From Puniceicoccales bacterium (GTDB lineage: Bacteria; Verrucomicrobiota; Verrucomicrobiia; Opitutales; LL51): DNA of 24,053 nt. The position numbers were made by a program, and so were the translations under genes. The first letter of the stretch is position 1; each line of letters opens with the position of its first letter. Below the pieces are notes generated by a model that saw only the letters and a list, made by a program, of their open reading frames with translations, was not told the origin of the DNA and did no database searches. The DNA lies in NCBI GenBank assembly GCA_031266235.1, contig JAISBJ010000029.1, positions 1-24,053 of the forward strand, read 5' to 3'. This document shows positions 1-10,734 of this stretch, one piece after another.

Positions 1-2175
<2,175 letters not shown>

Positions 2176-2199
2176 AATTTTACTCCTCCTTTGTAAAAA

Positions 2200-4521
2200 T
2201 TATAGCGCCGGTGTCAATTCCAATTCCTTTAGTTTTTCAACGGCATGTTTCGGCCCCGTCAAAATTAAAATGTCGTCCTTCTCCAGTACCATCGACGCCG
2301 CCGGAATCGTAATTTTCTCGCCCCCCCGCTGGATCCCAGCAATATTCACTCCAAAGCGACTGCGAATCCCCGTCGTCGCAATAGTTTTTCCTAAAAACTC
2401 ACTGGTCGGCGTGACGCAATAATTGTCGATGGCGAATTCCACGCGGCTGCCCAAATGCACCGCTTCCCCACTCTCGGTCCCTAAAAATTTTATCGCACCT
2501 TCGATCTGTTCCGCTTCCCCCATCAGCAGGAGCTGGTCGTCGGGGAATAATATGGCGTCCGGCGAGGGCGAGTAGCAGGTGTACCCGCTGCGCGAAACCG
2601 CTGCAATCGTCGCCTTTGTGGTCTCCCGGAGCTGTAATCCGGAAATTTTTTTGCCCACGTGGACGCTATTTTTGGGCAAGCGGTAGTTTTTGATCTGTAC
2701 CGACCACGGATAGCGCTCCTTCGCCTTTTGTAAAACGGTGTTGCGGTACTCGTCGTCCTTCTCGTGCACCTCGGCGATGAATGTCTCCCGAAACATGCGC
2801 TCAAAGCGGCTGTTGGACTTGAGTAGCTCCCGCCAACCAAAAATCCCTTGGCCAATGGACAGTAGGGCGAAAACCGTCAGCGGATAGCCCGTCGGCAGGT
2901 AATTGGACGAGACGGAGACGAAAATAATGCCAAAAAAAAGTAAAACAATGGACAAAATAACGTGGCGGATCACCCGAATACTGCGGCTGTCATCCTGGTG
3001 CTCGATGCGGTCGACGGAACTGAAAATCTTGTCCAAAGCGAGGTTGATCACCGAGCCAACGTTATTTACAACCCCAACAAAAATTGGCATAATAACAAAC
3101 GCGGAGATCCCCCAAATCCCGATAATCGTCGGCGTCTCGTAGCCCGAAAGGACCGAAAATGTGTGCCTCTGGATCAGGTGCGACGCGTAGGAGGAGAGAC
3201 TCATCAGCCCCACTAACATCAAAAAATACCAAATTAAATGTAAAATAAATCCCTTCGCCTCCCGCAGTAGCGTCATTTTCTCGACCTCCATTTTGGCCAG
3301 ACGTAAAAAATTTCCGTAAAAATTACCCATGTTGCTCACCATCTTCGGGACCATCCGCTGCAAAATGTCGTAGAGGGGATCGATGTATTTCCGCAGCAGG
3401 GAGCTGAAAATAATGGTGCAAATCGAAATCCCAACCGCCAGCGTCATCAACGATGAATCCGTCACCCCCAACGAATTCCCCAGCGCCGCAATCACAAAGC
3501 TGAATTCCCCAATCTGCGCCTTGTAAATCGATGCGTAAAAGGACGTTTTCGACTCCTCTCCCGATAAATACAAACCAAACCAACAAACAAAAATTTGCAT
3601 CACCGTCGCAAAAAAACTAATGAAAATAATGGCGCACCAGTGCTCCGAAATTTTGACGGGATCAATCAGCATCCCTATGGCTACGAAAAAAATGGCACAG
3701 AAAATGTTCCGCAATGACTCCGTCGCCTCCTCAATTTTGTGCGCAATAACCGACTGGGATAAAATCGATCCCGCTAAAAATGCCCCCAATTCCGCAGAAA
3801 AATGCATCTTCTCCGCCAACTCTCCCAAAAAAAGCGCCAGTCCAACCGCTACCAACACAAGCAACTCCGGCGAAGACATCTTCTCCAGTAACGCGGAAAT
3901 TTTCGCACCAAAAAATCGCCCAATTACGAATACCATCACAACGAAAACCCCTACCAAAAATATCACTTGCTCCACCGCTTTCCATTCGAAAAATCCGCTC
4001 ATCGAAATACCGGAAAGAACAACCAATAATAAAATCGCCACGAAATCCTCGAGGATGAGAATCCCCACCGATAGCTGGGCAAAATGCGCATTCAATGCCC
4101 CCTGCTCCTTCAGTATGGGAATGGTCATCATCGTCGAACTGATCGCCATCAGCGCCCCTAGAAATAGGCCGTTCAACCCCGACCAGCCCAGAAATTTCGC
4201 CGATAAAATCCCCACAAACATCATCCATACCGTCTGAAATATCACCGCCAGCAAACAGGGCCCGAGCGTTCGCCGCAACTTGTCCAGGTTGAATTCCAAA
4301 CCGATGTAAAACATCAAAAATATGACGCCCAATTCACCAAATTGGTGCAAAATGTCGTAATTTTGGATGTATTGGGAAAAAAACAGATGCGGCCCGATGA
4401 CCAAGCCGCTGAGGATGTAGCCCAGCAGGAGCGGCAGGCGCAAAAGATGGAAAATAAACCCCGCTACGCCCGCCGTCGTAATGAGAATCGCAAAATCCCG
4501 AATCAAACCGCCGTCTTCCAT
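2200..4521 (-). CDS. CPA2-family cation:proton antiporter (KefC/YbaL-like) with two C-terminal RCK-C (TrkA-C) domains
   Basis: PLLLGYILSGLVIGP, ELGVIFLMFYIGLEF, AISST, GILILED and AQIGEFSF motifs in a multi-TM N-terminus. C-terminal GKKISGLQLRETTKATIAAVSR and GIRSRFGVNIAGIQRGG RCK-C-like repeats. Confidence 0.9.
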   Translation of the reverse strand: MEDGGLIRDFAILITTAGVAGFIFHLLRLPLLLGYILSGLVIGPHLFFSQYIQNYDILHQFGELGVIFLMFYIGLEFNLDKLRRTLGPCLLAVIFQTVWMMFVGILSAKFLGWSGLNGLFLGALMAISSTMMTIPILKEQGALNAHFAQLSVGILILEDFVAILLLVVLSGISMSGFFEWKAVEQVIFLVGVFVVMVFVIGRFFGAKISALLEKMSSPELLVLVAVGLALFLGELAEKMHFSAELGAFLAGSILSQSVIAHKIEEATESLRNIFCAIFFVAIGMLIDPVKISEHWCAIIFISFFATVMQIFVCWFGLYLSGEESKTSFYASIYKAQIGEFSFVIAALGNSLGVTDSSLMTLAVGISICTIIFSSLLRKYIDPLYDILQRMVPKMVSNMGNFYGNFLRLAKMEVEKMTLLREAKGFILHLIWYFLMLVGLMSLSSYASHLIQRHTFSVLSGYETPTIIGIWGISAFVIMPIFVGVVNNVGSVINLALDKIFSSVDRIEHQDDSRSIRVIRHVILSIVLLFFGIIFVSVSSNYLPTGYPLTVFALLSIGQGIFGWRELLKSNSRFERMFRETFIAEVHEKDDEYRNTVLQKAKERYPWSVQIKNYRLPKNSVHVGKKISGLQLRETTKATIAAVSRSGYTCYSPSPDAILFPDDQLLLMGEAEQIEGAIKFLGTESGEAVHLGSRVEFAIDNYCVTPTSEFLGKTIATTGIRSRFGVNIAGIQRGGEKITIPAASMVLEKDDILILTGPKHAVEKLKELELTPAL

Positions 4522-4588
4522 AAGCTCGGTATACTAATAGCTTTAGCGAAATCGTAAATAAAAGAAAACGCGGGATTCAAAATTTTCG

Positions 4589-4615
4589 AAAATTTCCCCA
4601 AAACAGGGAAATTTT
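4589..4615 (-). terminator. 10-bp stem / 7-nt loop hairpin downstream of cysS and its duplicated end; possible intrinsic terminator
   Basis: aaaatttccc (4589-4598) and gggaaatttt (4606-4615) are exact reverse complements. The stem is AT-rich and there is no clean long U-tail. Confidence 0.4.
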
Positions 4616-4866
4616 ACTTATTTTTAGCGGCCGTTGGGTTCCAGGTCGTAGCTGTCTTTACCATCGACGACGTCCCAGCCTTTTTCTGCGAGTACCCGGC
4701 GCAGGCGGTCCGCTTCGCCAAAATTTTTATTTTGCTTTATTTTACTTATTTTTAGCGGCCATTGGGTTCCAAATCGTAGCTGTCTTTGCCGTCGACGACG
4801 TCCCAACCTTTTTCCGCGAGTACCTGGCGCAGGCGGTCCGCTTCGCCAAAATTTTTATTTTGCTTT
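4611..4866. repeat. Tandem direct duplication, 2 x 128 bp, of the cysS 3' end (last 37 codons, stop and 13 nt downstream)
   Basis: 4611-4738 vs 4739-4866 aligned by eye: 8 mismatches in 128 bp, no indels. Confidence 0.97.
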
Positions 4867-6200
4867 GCCTCCCAACGTTGCGCGGCGAGTGCGGCGATAG
4901 CGTCGGGGACGGACGGCGCTCGGTTTGGGTCGGTGTCGGAGAAAATTTCGATGCCCAAAATAAAAAAAATAGACCGCAGTTCCTCGAAAAATTGCCGATC
5001 GGCGGCGGCGGTACGGTTCAAAACGGAAAAAATTTCCCCCAGACATTTCGGGATATTGAGATCGTTTTTGAGCGCTTCGATGGCGGCGGCGAAGTGGCGA
5101 TAGGTGGCGATTTTCTGAGGTATAGTCTCGGTTTTTTGGGAATAATCGGCGGCATTTCCTTCAGCAGTACTCCGCAGCTGGGCGACCTTCGTCCGCAATT
5201 TTTGGAGCGCACTCCGGGCGGCGTCGAGTCCGGAAAATGTAAAATTTAAAATCTGCCGGTAATGGCCGCTGAGCAGCGCGTAGCGAACCCCGTCCGGCGC
5301 GTAGCCCCTACCCTTCAAATCCATCAAAGTGAGGAGATTACCCAAACTTTTCGACATTTTCTGACCCTCGACTTGCAGGTGCTCCGAGTGGAACCAGTGG
5401 CGCACAAAGGGCTTCCCCGTAACGCATTCCGCCTGGGCGATTTCGTTTTCGTGGTGCGGAAAACAGAGGTCAATCCCGCCGCCGTGGAGATCGATGGTCT
5501 CCCCCAAATATTTCATCGACATCGCACTGCACTCGATGTGCCAGCCGGGACGACCTTTCCCCCACGGACTCTCCCAAAAAATGTCCCCGTCTTCCGCCTT
5601 GTGCGCCTTCCATAGAGCAAAATCGCTGACCGAATCGCGGCCATACTCGTCCGCTAAATTGGCTGTCTCGCCAGTGTCATTGGCCTGCGGCGCGAGTTGT
5701 CCGACGTCGACCCCCGATAACCTCCCGTAGACCGGGAAGGAGGAGAGGCGGAAATAAACGGAGCCGTCCGCAGTGGCGTAGGCGTGCCCCTTTCGGATCA
5801 ACGCTTCAACCATAGCAATCTGTTCTGCGATATGTTCCGTAGCCCTTGGTTCGCCATCGGGCCGCAGAATATTCAGCGCGTCGCAGTCGCCGTGGAAAAT
5901 ATCGGTCCATTTTTGCGTGAACGCCCCCAATGAAGTGCGCTCCCTCTGCGCTCCGCGGATCGTCTTGTCGTCGACGTCCGTAATGTTGCGGATGAATCGG
6001 AGCCGGTAGCCCATCGCCAGCAGGAGCCGCCGCAAAACATCCTGCACCAAAAATGTGCGGAAATTGCCGATGTGGGCGTAGTGGTACACCGTCGGGCCGC
6101 AGCAGTAAATCCGCAGTAAACCATCGGGCTGGCCGGGCGCAATGGCCTCCATTCGACGGGTCTCCGTGTTGTAAAGTTTCGCCGTATCCACGGCAGCCAT
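4752..6200 (-). CDS. cysS: Cysteine--tRNA ligase
   Basis: [12 protein letters not shown] (HIGH), [19 protein letters not shown] and KMSKSLGN motifs. Start placed at ATG 6200 ([12 protein letters not shown]) after AGGA, rather than at 6344 as in the ORF track. Confidence 0.97.
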   Translation of the reverse strand: MAAVDTAKLYNTETRRMEAIAPGQPDGLLRIYCCGPTVYHYAHIGNFRTFLVQDVLRRLLLAMGYRLRFIRNITDVDDKTIRGAQRERTSLGAFTQKWTDIFHGDCDALNILRPDGEPRATEHIAEQIAMVEALIRKGHAYATADGSVYFRLSSFPVYGRLSGVDVGQLAPQANDTGETANLADEYGRDSVSDFALWKAHKAEDGDIFWESPWGKGRPGWHIECSAMSMKYLGETIDLHGGGIDLCFPHHENEIAQAECVTGKPFVRHWFHSEHLQVEGQKMSKSLGNLLTLMDLKGRGYAPDGVRYALLSGHYRQILNFTFSGLDAARSALQKLRTKVAQLRSTAEGNAADYSQKTETIPQKIATYRHFAAAIEALKNDLNIPKCLGEIFSVLNRTAAADRQFFEELRSIFFILGIEIFSDTDPNRAPSVPDAIAALAAQRWEAKQNKNFGEADRLRQVLAEKGWDVVDGKDSYDLEPNGR

Positions 6201-6342
6201 TCCTACTTTATCCCCAAAAAATGCAACGATTTTTGCAGCATTTTCCAACTTTGCCGCTCCCCAGCGACGGAACTTTTGGAAATTTTTCACAATTTTATTT
6301 ACATTTTTCAAAAAAAAATTAAATTCATTTACAAATTCTGCC

Positions 6343-7278
6343 ATGAAAATTTTTTCCGGGACATCTCATCCTGCATTTGCCCAAGGGATTTGCGACTATT
6401 TGCGCATCTCGCTGGGGGCGATCGAGCTGTCCACATTTCCGGACGGCGAGACATTTGTGCAGATCCGGGAGAGCGTTCGCGGCTGCGATGTTTTTATCAT
6501 TCAGGGGACGCATTTTCCGGCGCACCACCACGCGATGGAGATGTTCATCATGGTGGATGCCATTCGGCGGGCTTCGGCGGCTCGCATCACCGCAGTTCTC
6601 CCCTATTTTGGCTATGGCCGGCAGGATCGGAAGGATAGGCCGCGCGTCCCCGTTACCGCGAAACTCATGGCCAATTTACTGACTTCGGCCGGAGCTAACC
6701 GCCTGCTAACCATGGATCTCCACGCGCCGCAAATTGCTGGATTTTTTGACATTCCGGTGGATCACCTTTCCGCCGCACCGACGCTCCTGGGGCACATCAG
6801 AAAGCAGAATTATGGGGATGTGACCATTTGTTCGCCGGACGCGGGAGGCATGGGTAGGGCGACTACCTACGCCGATGCCATGAATGGTCCGCTGGCACAG
6901 GTGGTGAAGCGGCGGTCCGGTGGGGCTCATGCGGAAGCGGTGGACGTAATCGGGGACGTAGCGGGCAGGGATATTTTGCTGGTCGACGACACCACGGAAA
7001 CCGCGGAAACGCTGACAACGGCGGCAAAATTACTGAAAGAGAAAGGCGCTTTAGCGATTAGGGCGGCCGTTTCGCACGCTCCATTGACTGCATTGGGCCA
7101 GGAAAATTTGAGGAATTCCGCCATCGATTCGCTGCTGACGACGAATTCGACGCCCACGCCCTTCGACGCCTCCCTGCCCATTACCAAGCTGGATATTTGT
7201 CCTTTATTCGCTGAAGCGATCCGGAAAATCCACGGCAACGGCAGCCTGGCGGAGTTATTCGAAATTAATAAATTTTAA
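6343..7278 (+). CDS. prs: Ribose-phosphate pyrophosphokinase
   Basis: FPDGETFVQIRESVRG, VLPYFGYGRQDRK, TMDLHAPQIAGFFDIPVDHL, SPDAGG, VKRR and IGDVAGRDILLVDD motifs. Confidence 0.96.
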   Translation: MKIFSGTSHPAFAQGICDYLRISLGAIELSTFPDGETFVQIRESVRGCDVFIIQGTHFPAHHHAMEMFIMVDAIRRASAARITAVLPYFGYGRQDRKDRPRVPVTAKLMANLLTSAGANRLLTMDLHAPQIAGFFDIPVDHLSAAPTLLGHIRKQNYGDVTICSPDAGGMGRATTYADAMNGPLAQVVKRRSGGAHAEAVDVIGDVAGRDILLVDDTTETAETLTTAAKLLKEKGALAIRAAVSHAPLTALGQENLRNSAIDSLLTTNSTPTPFDASLPITKLDICPLFAEAIRKIHGNGSLAELFEINKF

Positions 7279-7305
7279 TTGAAAAATTTTTAAATTTCTT
7301 ACAAT
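7279..7305 (+). promoter_or_regulatory. Candidate sigma70 promoter of the first prepilin gene (TTGAAA-N15-TACAAT)
   Basis: -35-like 7279-7284 and -10-like 7300-7305, 7 nt before the GTG start. The spacer is short (15 nt) and the context is AT-rich. Confidence 0.35.
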
Positions 7306-7312
7306 AAAAGCG

Positions 7313-8104
7313 GTGTCGCGGTTTCAATCGAAAGCCAGTCTCTCGCTCGTAGAATTAGCAGCAATTATCAGCATTATTGCCGTTTTGATGACGATTTTAT
7401 TCCCCGCAGTCGGTAAAATTATCGACCGTTTCCAGCGCGCTAGGGCCGCTAAAAATTTAAAAATGATCGCCTTCGCCCACGCCAATTTTATCGCCGATTT
7501 CGGCCGCGCTATCCGCTTTAGCGACCTCTCCGCCTTGAAAAATGGAAGCACCTCTCACTGCGACGCCAATTTATTCGCCGCGGTGCTGGCAAAACACGGT
7601 TACATCAAAGACGCCTCCGTTTGGGCCTGGGATTTCGATCATTTGGTAAAAAATTACGGGCGGAGCCACCCCCTCCCAACGAAAATCTATGACGCCTCCA
7701 CCGACCGCATCGCTCCAGAATTCGCAGGCCCCAAAACCGGCGGCGATTTCCCCCTGAGCGTAGCCTGCTGCGTCGTCCAGTGCCCCGGCTTTGACTATGC
7801 CCAGCTGCTCAACCCAAAATTCCCCTGCGCCTGCAGCCGCGGGTTATGCGGCGACGGCCGCTGGCAAAAAAAATCCGCTAGCAATGGAGGCGGGATCTGG
7901 GGCGATCGGGGCGGGTTGATTGCATTTTTCGACGGCCATGTGGAGTGGTTCGGCCACATAATCAATCGGTTTAAAAAATATAATTCCACGGCGACGACGA
8001 GCAGTCTATGCGAGACGCTCCCCAATTGCCATACTGAAAATCTTGCCGATTCCTGCTTCGTCAACTGGGCCGGCGATGGCCTTTCCAGCGGCATCCATAA
8101 CTAA
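7313..8104 (+). CDS. Prepilin-type (type IV pilin/pseudopilin-like) protein with PVC-type C-terminal AFFDGHV motif, paralog 1
   Basis: Class III signal-like KAS|LSLVEL followed by a hydrophobic helix and P-x-V...R...NLKMI. C-terminal SRGL...GGIWGDRGGLIAFFDGHVEW. Confidence 0.8.
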   Translation: MSRFQSKASLSLVELAAIISIIAVLMTILFPAVGKIIDRFQRARAAKNLKMIAFAHANFIADFGRAIRFSDLSALKNGSTSHCDANLFAAVLAKHGYIKDASVWAWDFDHLVKNYGRSHPLPTKIYDASTDRIAPEFAGPKTGGDFPLSVACCVVQCPGFDYAQLLNPKFPCACSRGLCGDGRWQKKSASNGGGIWGDRGGLIAFFDGHVEWFGHIINRFKKYNSTATTSSLCETLPNCHTENLADSCFVNWAGDGLSSGIHN

Positions 8105-8127
8105 TTTTTCAAAACAAAATGAATAAT

Positions 8128-8155
8128 TTGATATTTTTGTTTTTTTTGTTATTAT
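8128..8155 (+). promoter_or_regulatory. Candidate sigma70 promoter TTGATA-N16-TATTAT with poly-T spacer, ahead of the second prepilin gene
   Basis: -35-like 8128-8133, -10-like 8150-8155; 6 nt separate the -10 from ATG 8162. No SD sequence is visible. Confidence 0.5.
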
Positions 8156-8161
8156 TTTCTC

Positions 8162-8941
8162 ATGGTTCGGTTTAGGAGAAGTAGAAGTTTCACGCTCGTG
8201 GAATTAGCCGTGGCAATCGGCATCCTGTCGGCCCTCTCGGCAATCGTCTATCCCATTACCCAGGCCGTCATGAACCATATCCATCGCGCGAAAGCCGCCA
8301 GTAACCTCCGCCTCATCGCCCGCGCCCATGCTCAGTTTATCAGCGACTTCGGCCGCGCCATTACCTCCTCCGATGTAAAAAATATGTCCGGCGATCACGC
8401 CCATACCGCCAATAATTTCGCCGCCCTCCTCGCAAAATACGGCTACATCGAAGACGTTTCCATCTGGGCATGGGATTTCGATTATAAGGTGAAAGCTTTC
8501 AAAAATGATCCCTCCAAGCCCTTCCCAACGGAAATCTATGACCCTTCCACAAAGGAAATTCACACCCATTTCAAAATTGTCCCTCTGAGCGTCGTCTGTG
8601 GCATCGTCCAGTGTCCGAATTTCGATTGTAAAACGCTCCTCAAAGGGAAATTTCCCGCCGCCTATAGCCGCGGACTCCAAAAAAATGGCTCCTGGATCGA
8701 TTCCTCTCCCTCCAACGATAACGGCGGCGTCTTCGGATCAAAGGGCGGCCTCATCGCTTACTATGACGGTTCCGTCGAATGGTGCCCCCATACCGTAAAT
8801 AAATTTGTGAATTTTTTAACACAAACGGGAACTTCCAAAATCTGCGAAACCATCCCCAATAGCCACCAACTCTCGGAATCCACCCAGTGCGCCGACTCCA
8901 ATTTTCTCAGCTGGACCGGCCCTAACGCCTGCGAGATTTAA
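8162..8941 (+). CDS. Prepilin-type (type IV pilin/pseudopilin-like) protein, paralog 2
   Basis: RSRS|FTLVEL N-terminus. Shares blocks with paralog 1: AHAxFIxDFGRAI, FAAxLAKxGYIxDxSxWAWDFD, LSVxCxxVQCPxFD, KFPxAxSRGL and GGLIAxxDG. Confidence 0.85.
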   Translation: MVRFRRSRSFTLVELAVAIGILSALSAIVYPITQAVMNHIHRAKAASNLRLIARAHAQFISDFGRAITSSDVKNMSGDHAHTANNFAALLAKYGYIEDVSIWAWDFDYKVKAFKNDPSKPFPTEIYDPSTKEIHTHFKIVPLSVVCGIVQCPNFDCKTLLKGKFPAAYSRGLQKNGSWIDSSPSNDNGGVFGSKGGLIAYYDGSVEWCPHTVNKFVNFLTQTGTSKICETIPNSHQLSESTQCADSNFLSWTGPNACEI

Positions 8942-9106
8942 TGATCTGTCGAATGAATTTTCCTAATATTAGAGCCATAAATATGCCTTTCCGACAATGG
9001 TAATTCCCACCCACCTCACCCAGGGTGTCAAAGTTTTTAGCCAACGTCAAGTCTTTTTGTAAATTTCCATAAAAATTTCCGCAAAACAATATAAATTTCC
9101 CACGGC

Positions 9107-10546
9107 CTAAATCAATTGCCCCAACCTCCAACGACCCGTGCGATAGCGGTATATGAAAAATATCATGCGGATCATTAGGTCCAATAGCAAAAATTGCCAA
9201 ACGATTACCGAACCATAGCCAAAATAAATAATCCCTAGCTGAACCGGTAAAACGACGCAGCAAAAAAATACACAGGTGTTCACATACATCGTGAATTTCG
9301 TGTCCCCGGCCGCCAGTAGCGTGCTCAGTAAATTGTTGGCGCCAAAATCCAATGAAAATGTTAGCCACGCCCATATTAACATTTCTTTCGCAAATTTGTA
9401 AACCTCACCGCTACCCGCTTTTCGTATAAATGCCCCAATCAATGCGTCCGGATAGATGAGCATCCCCAGCGATACCAAAAAAATACACGCCGCACTCAGG
9501 GTCACCCAAGACCTCATGTTCCGCGGAATAATCTCAAAGGTCCGCGCCCCTAGCGCATTCGAACATACCGTCCGCGTCCCAGCCGCCATGCCCTCTATGA
9601 TGAAGAAAAATATCATGTAAATCGAGTGGGATATGCCGTACCCCTGAAATTCATCGGCGGTCACATGCTGCGCAATAATCTGCGTCGTCGTCGCCCAAAA
9701 AAATGAATTAATAAACCGATTCAACGCCTGCGGACTCCCTTTGCTTAAACATTTTTTTAATAAATTTTCGTCAAATTTTAACCGATCCGTTGCGTAGCGG
9801 CTCCGATTGGATTTTTTGAGAAATAGGATCAATAATACGGCGGTAAATGCGGTCTCGGCAATAACCGTCGCCGCTGCCGCTCCAATCACGCCGTGCTCCC
9901 CCACGATCTCCCAGCCGGCTGCCCACGGGAATCGCCCCAAAAATGATAAATCATAGCCCGGAACAATCCCGATGTACCCTTCCTCCGTAACCCGACAGCC
10001 AAATACAAAAATAAAATCCAAAAAAGCATTCAAGCAGCCCGACAGAATCGTCAGCACAGAAATAATTTTCGTCTGCCCTCGCCCCACAAAAAATGCACTC
10101 AAAACACCGTAGCCGATGACATGAATCGGCACAAATAGCGAAATAATTCTCAAATAGGGTACGCCCAGCCGCGCAATGTTGCTGGCTACCAAATGGGGAA
10201 TAACCCATATAGCGAGCGGAATAAATAGAACAAACAGAGACAGACAAAACCAAATCATCTGCCAAATCACCGGCCCAATCTCCCGATAGCGCCGCGCACC
10301 GTTGTACTGCCCCACAAAAACTTCCGCTATCAGAGAAAATTCGAGAACCGTTCCGGCAAACATCCAGTAGGATTGTATGGCGCCAAAGCAGGAATTGAAC
10401 GCCTCCGTCGAGTAGCGGCTGAGAATAATGCGATCGATGACAAGCATCATATAGCCCGCCGCCGCCGATAGCATGATGGGCCAAGACAGCGCACACAACT
10501 CACCTATCCCACCGGGCGTGTACTTCGTTAATTTTACATCACTCAT
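9107..10546 (-). CDS. MATE-family efflux transporter
   Basis: 479 aa, multi-TM with two-fold repeat. LSWPIML...VIDRIILS, AFFVGRGQT...LNAFLDFIF, GVIGAAAATVIAE, LLAAGDTKFTM and C-terminal YRYRTGRW. Confidence 0.88.
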   Translation of the reverse strand: MSDVKLTKYTPGGIGELCALSWPIMLSAAAGYMMLVIDRIILSRYSTEAFNSCFGAIQSYWMFAGTVLEFSLIAEVFVGQYNGARRYREIGPVIWQMIWFCLSLFVLFIPLAIWVIPHLVASNIARLGVPYLRIISLFVPIHVIGYGVLSAFFVGRGQTKIISVLTILSGCLNAFLDFIFVFGCRVTEEGYIGIVPGYDLSFLGRFPWAAGWEIVGEHGVIGAAAATVIAETAFTAVLLILFLKKSNRSRYATDRLKFDENLLKKCLSKGSPQALNRFINSFFWATTTQIIAQHVTADEFQGYGISHSIYMIFFFIIEGMAAGTRTVCSNALGARTFEIIPRNMRSWVTLSAACIFLVSLGMLIYPDALIGAFIRKAGSGEVYKFAKEMLIWAWLTFSLDFGANNLLSTLLAAGDTKFTMYVNTCVFFCCVVLPVQLGIIYFGYGSVIVWQFLLLDLMIRMIFFIYRYRTGRWRLGQLI

Positions 10547-10734
10547 ATATTTTTTACGGCTACTTCATAACTCCATTTCTCACGGCAGCCGTCTGAAAAC
10601 GGAACGTTTCCTAATTCCAGGCTCTAGGGATCTCCATGGGAAAGGCAACCCAAAATTTATATATAAAATAAAAGTAATCCATCGAGATTTTTTACGGAAA
10701 TATTACGGCGGAAGATTTTTTTAGAAGGATTTTA

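Noticed and set aside
4611-4866. cysS duplication considered as a DGR template/variable repeat pair
   Set aside because: The differences are not adenine-specific (G/A, A/G, C/T and T/C all occur), are almost all silent, and no reverse transcriptase is present.
6201-6344. N-terminal extension of cysS to 6344 in the ORF track
   Set aside because: It is AT-rich intergenic-like sequence overlapping the prs start codon; homology and an SD support ATG 6200.
8942-9106. Convergent gap with a GGGTGAGGTGGGTGGG tract (9006-9021, minus strand) and three aaatttcc repeats; faint resemblance to the MATE 3' end
   Set aside because: Only a two-tier quadruplex is possible, and I could not obtain a convincing alignment to the MATE terminus.
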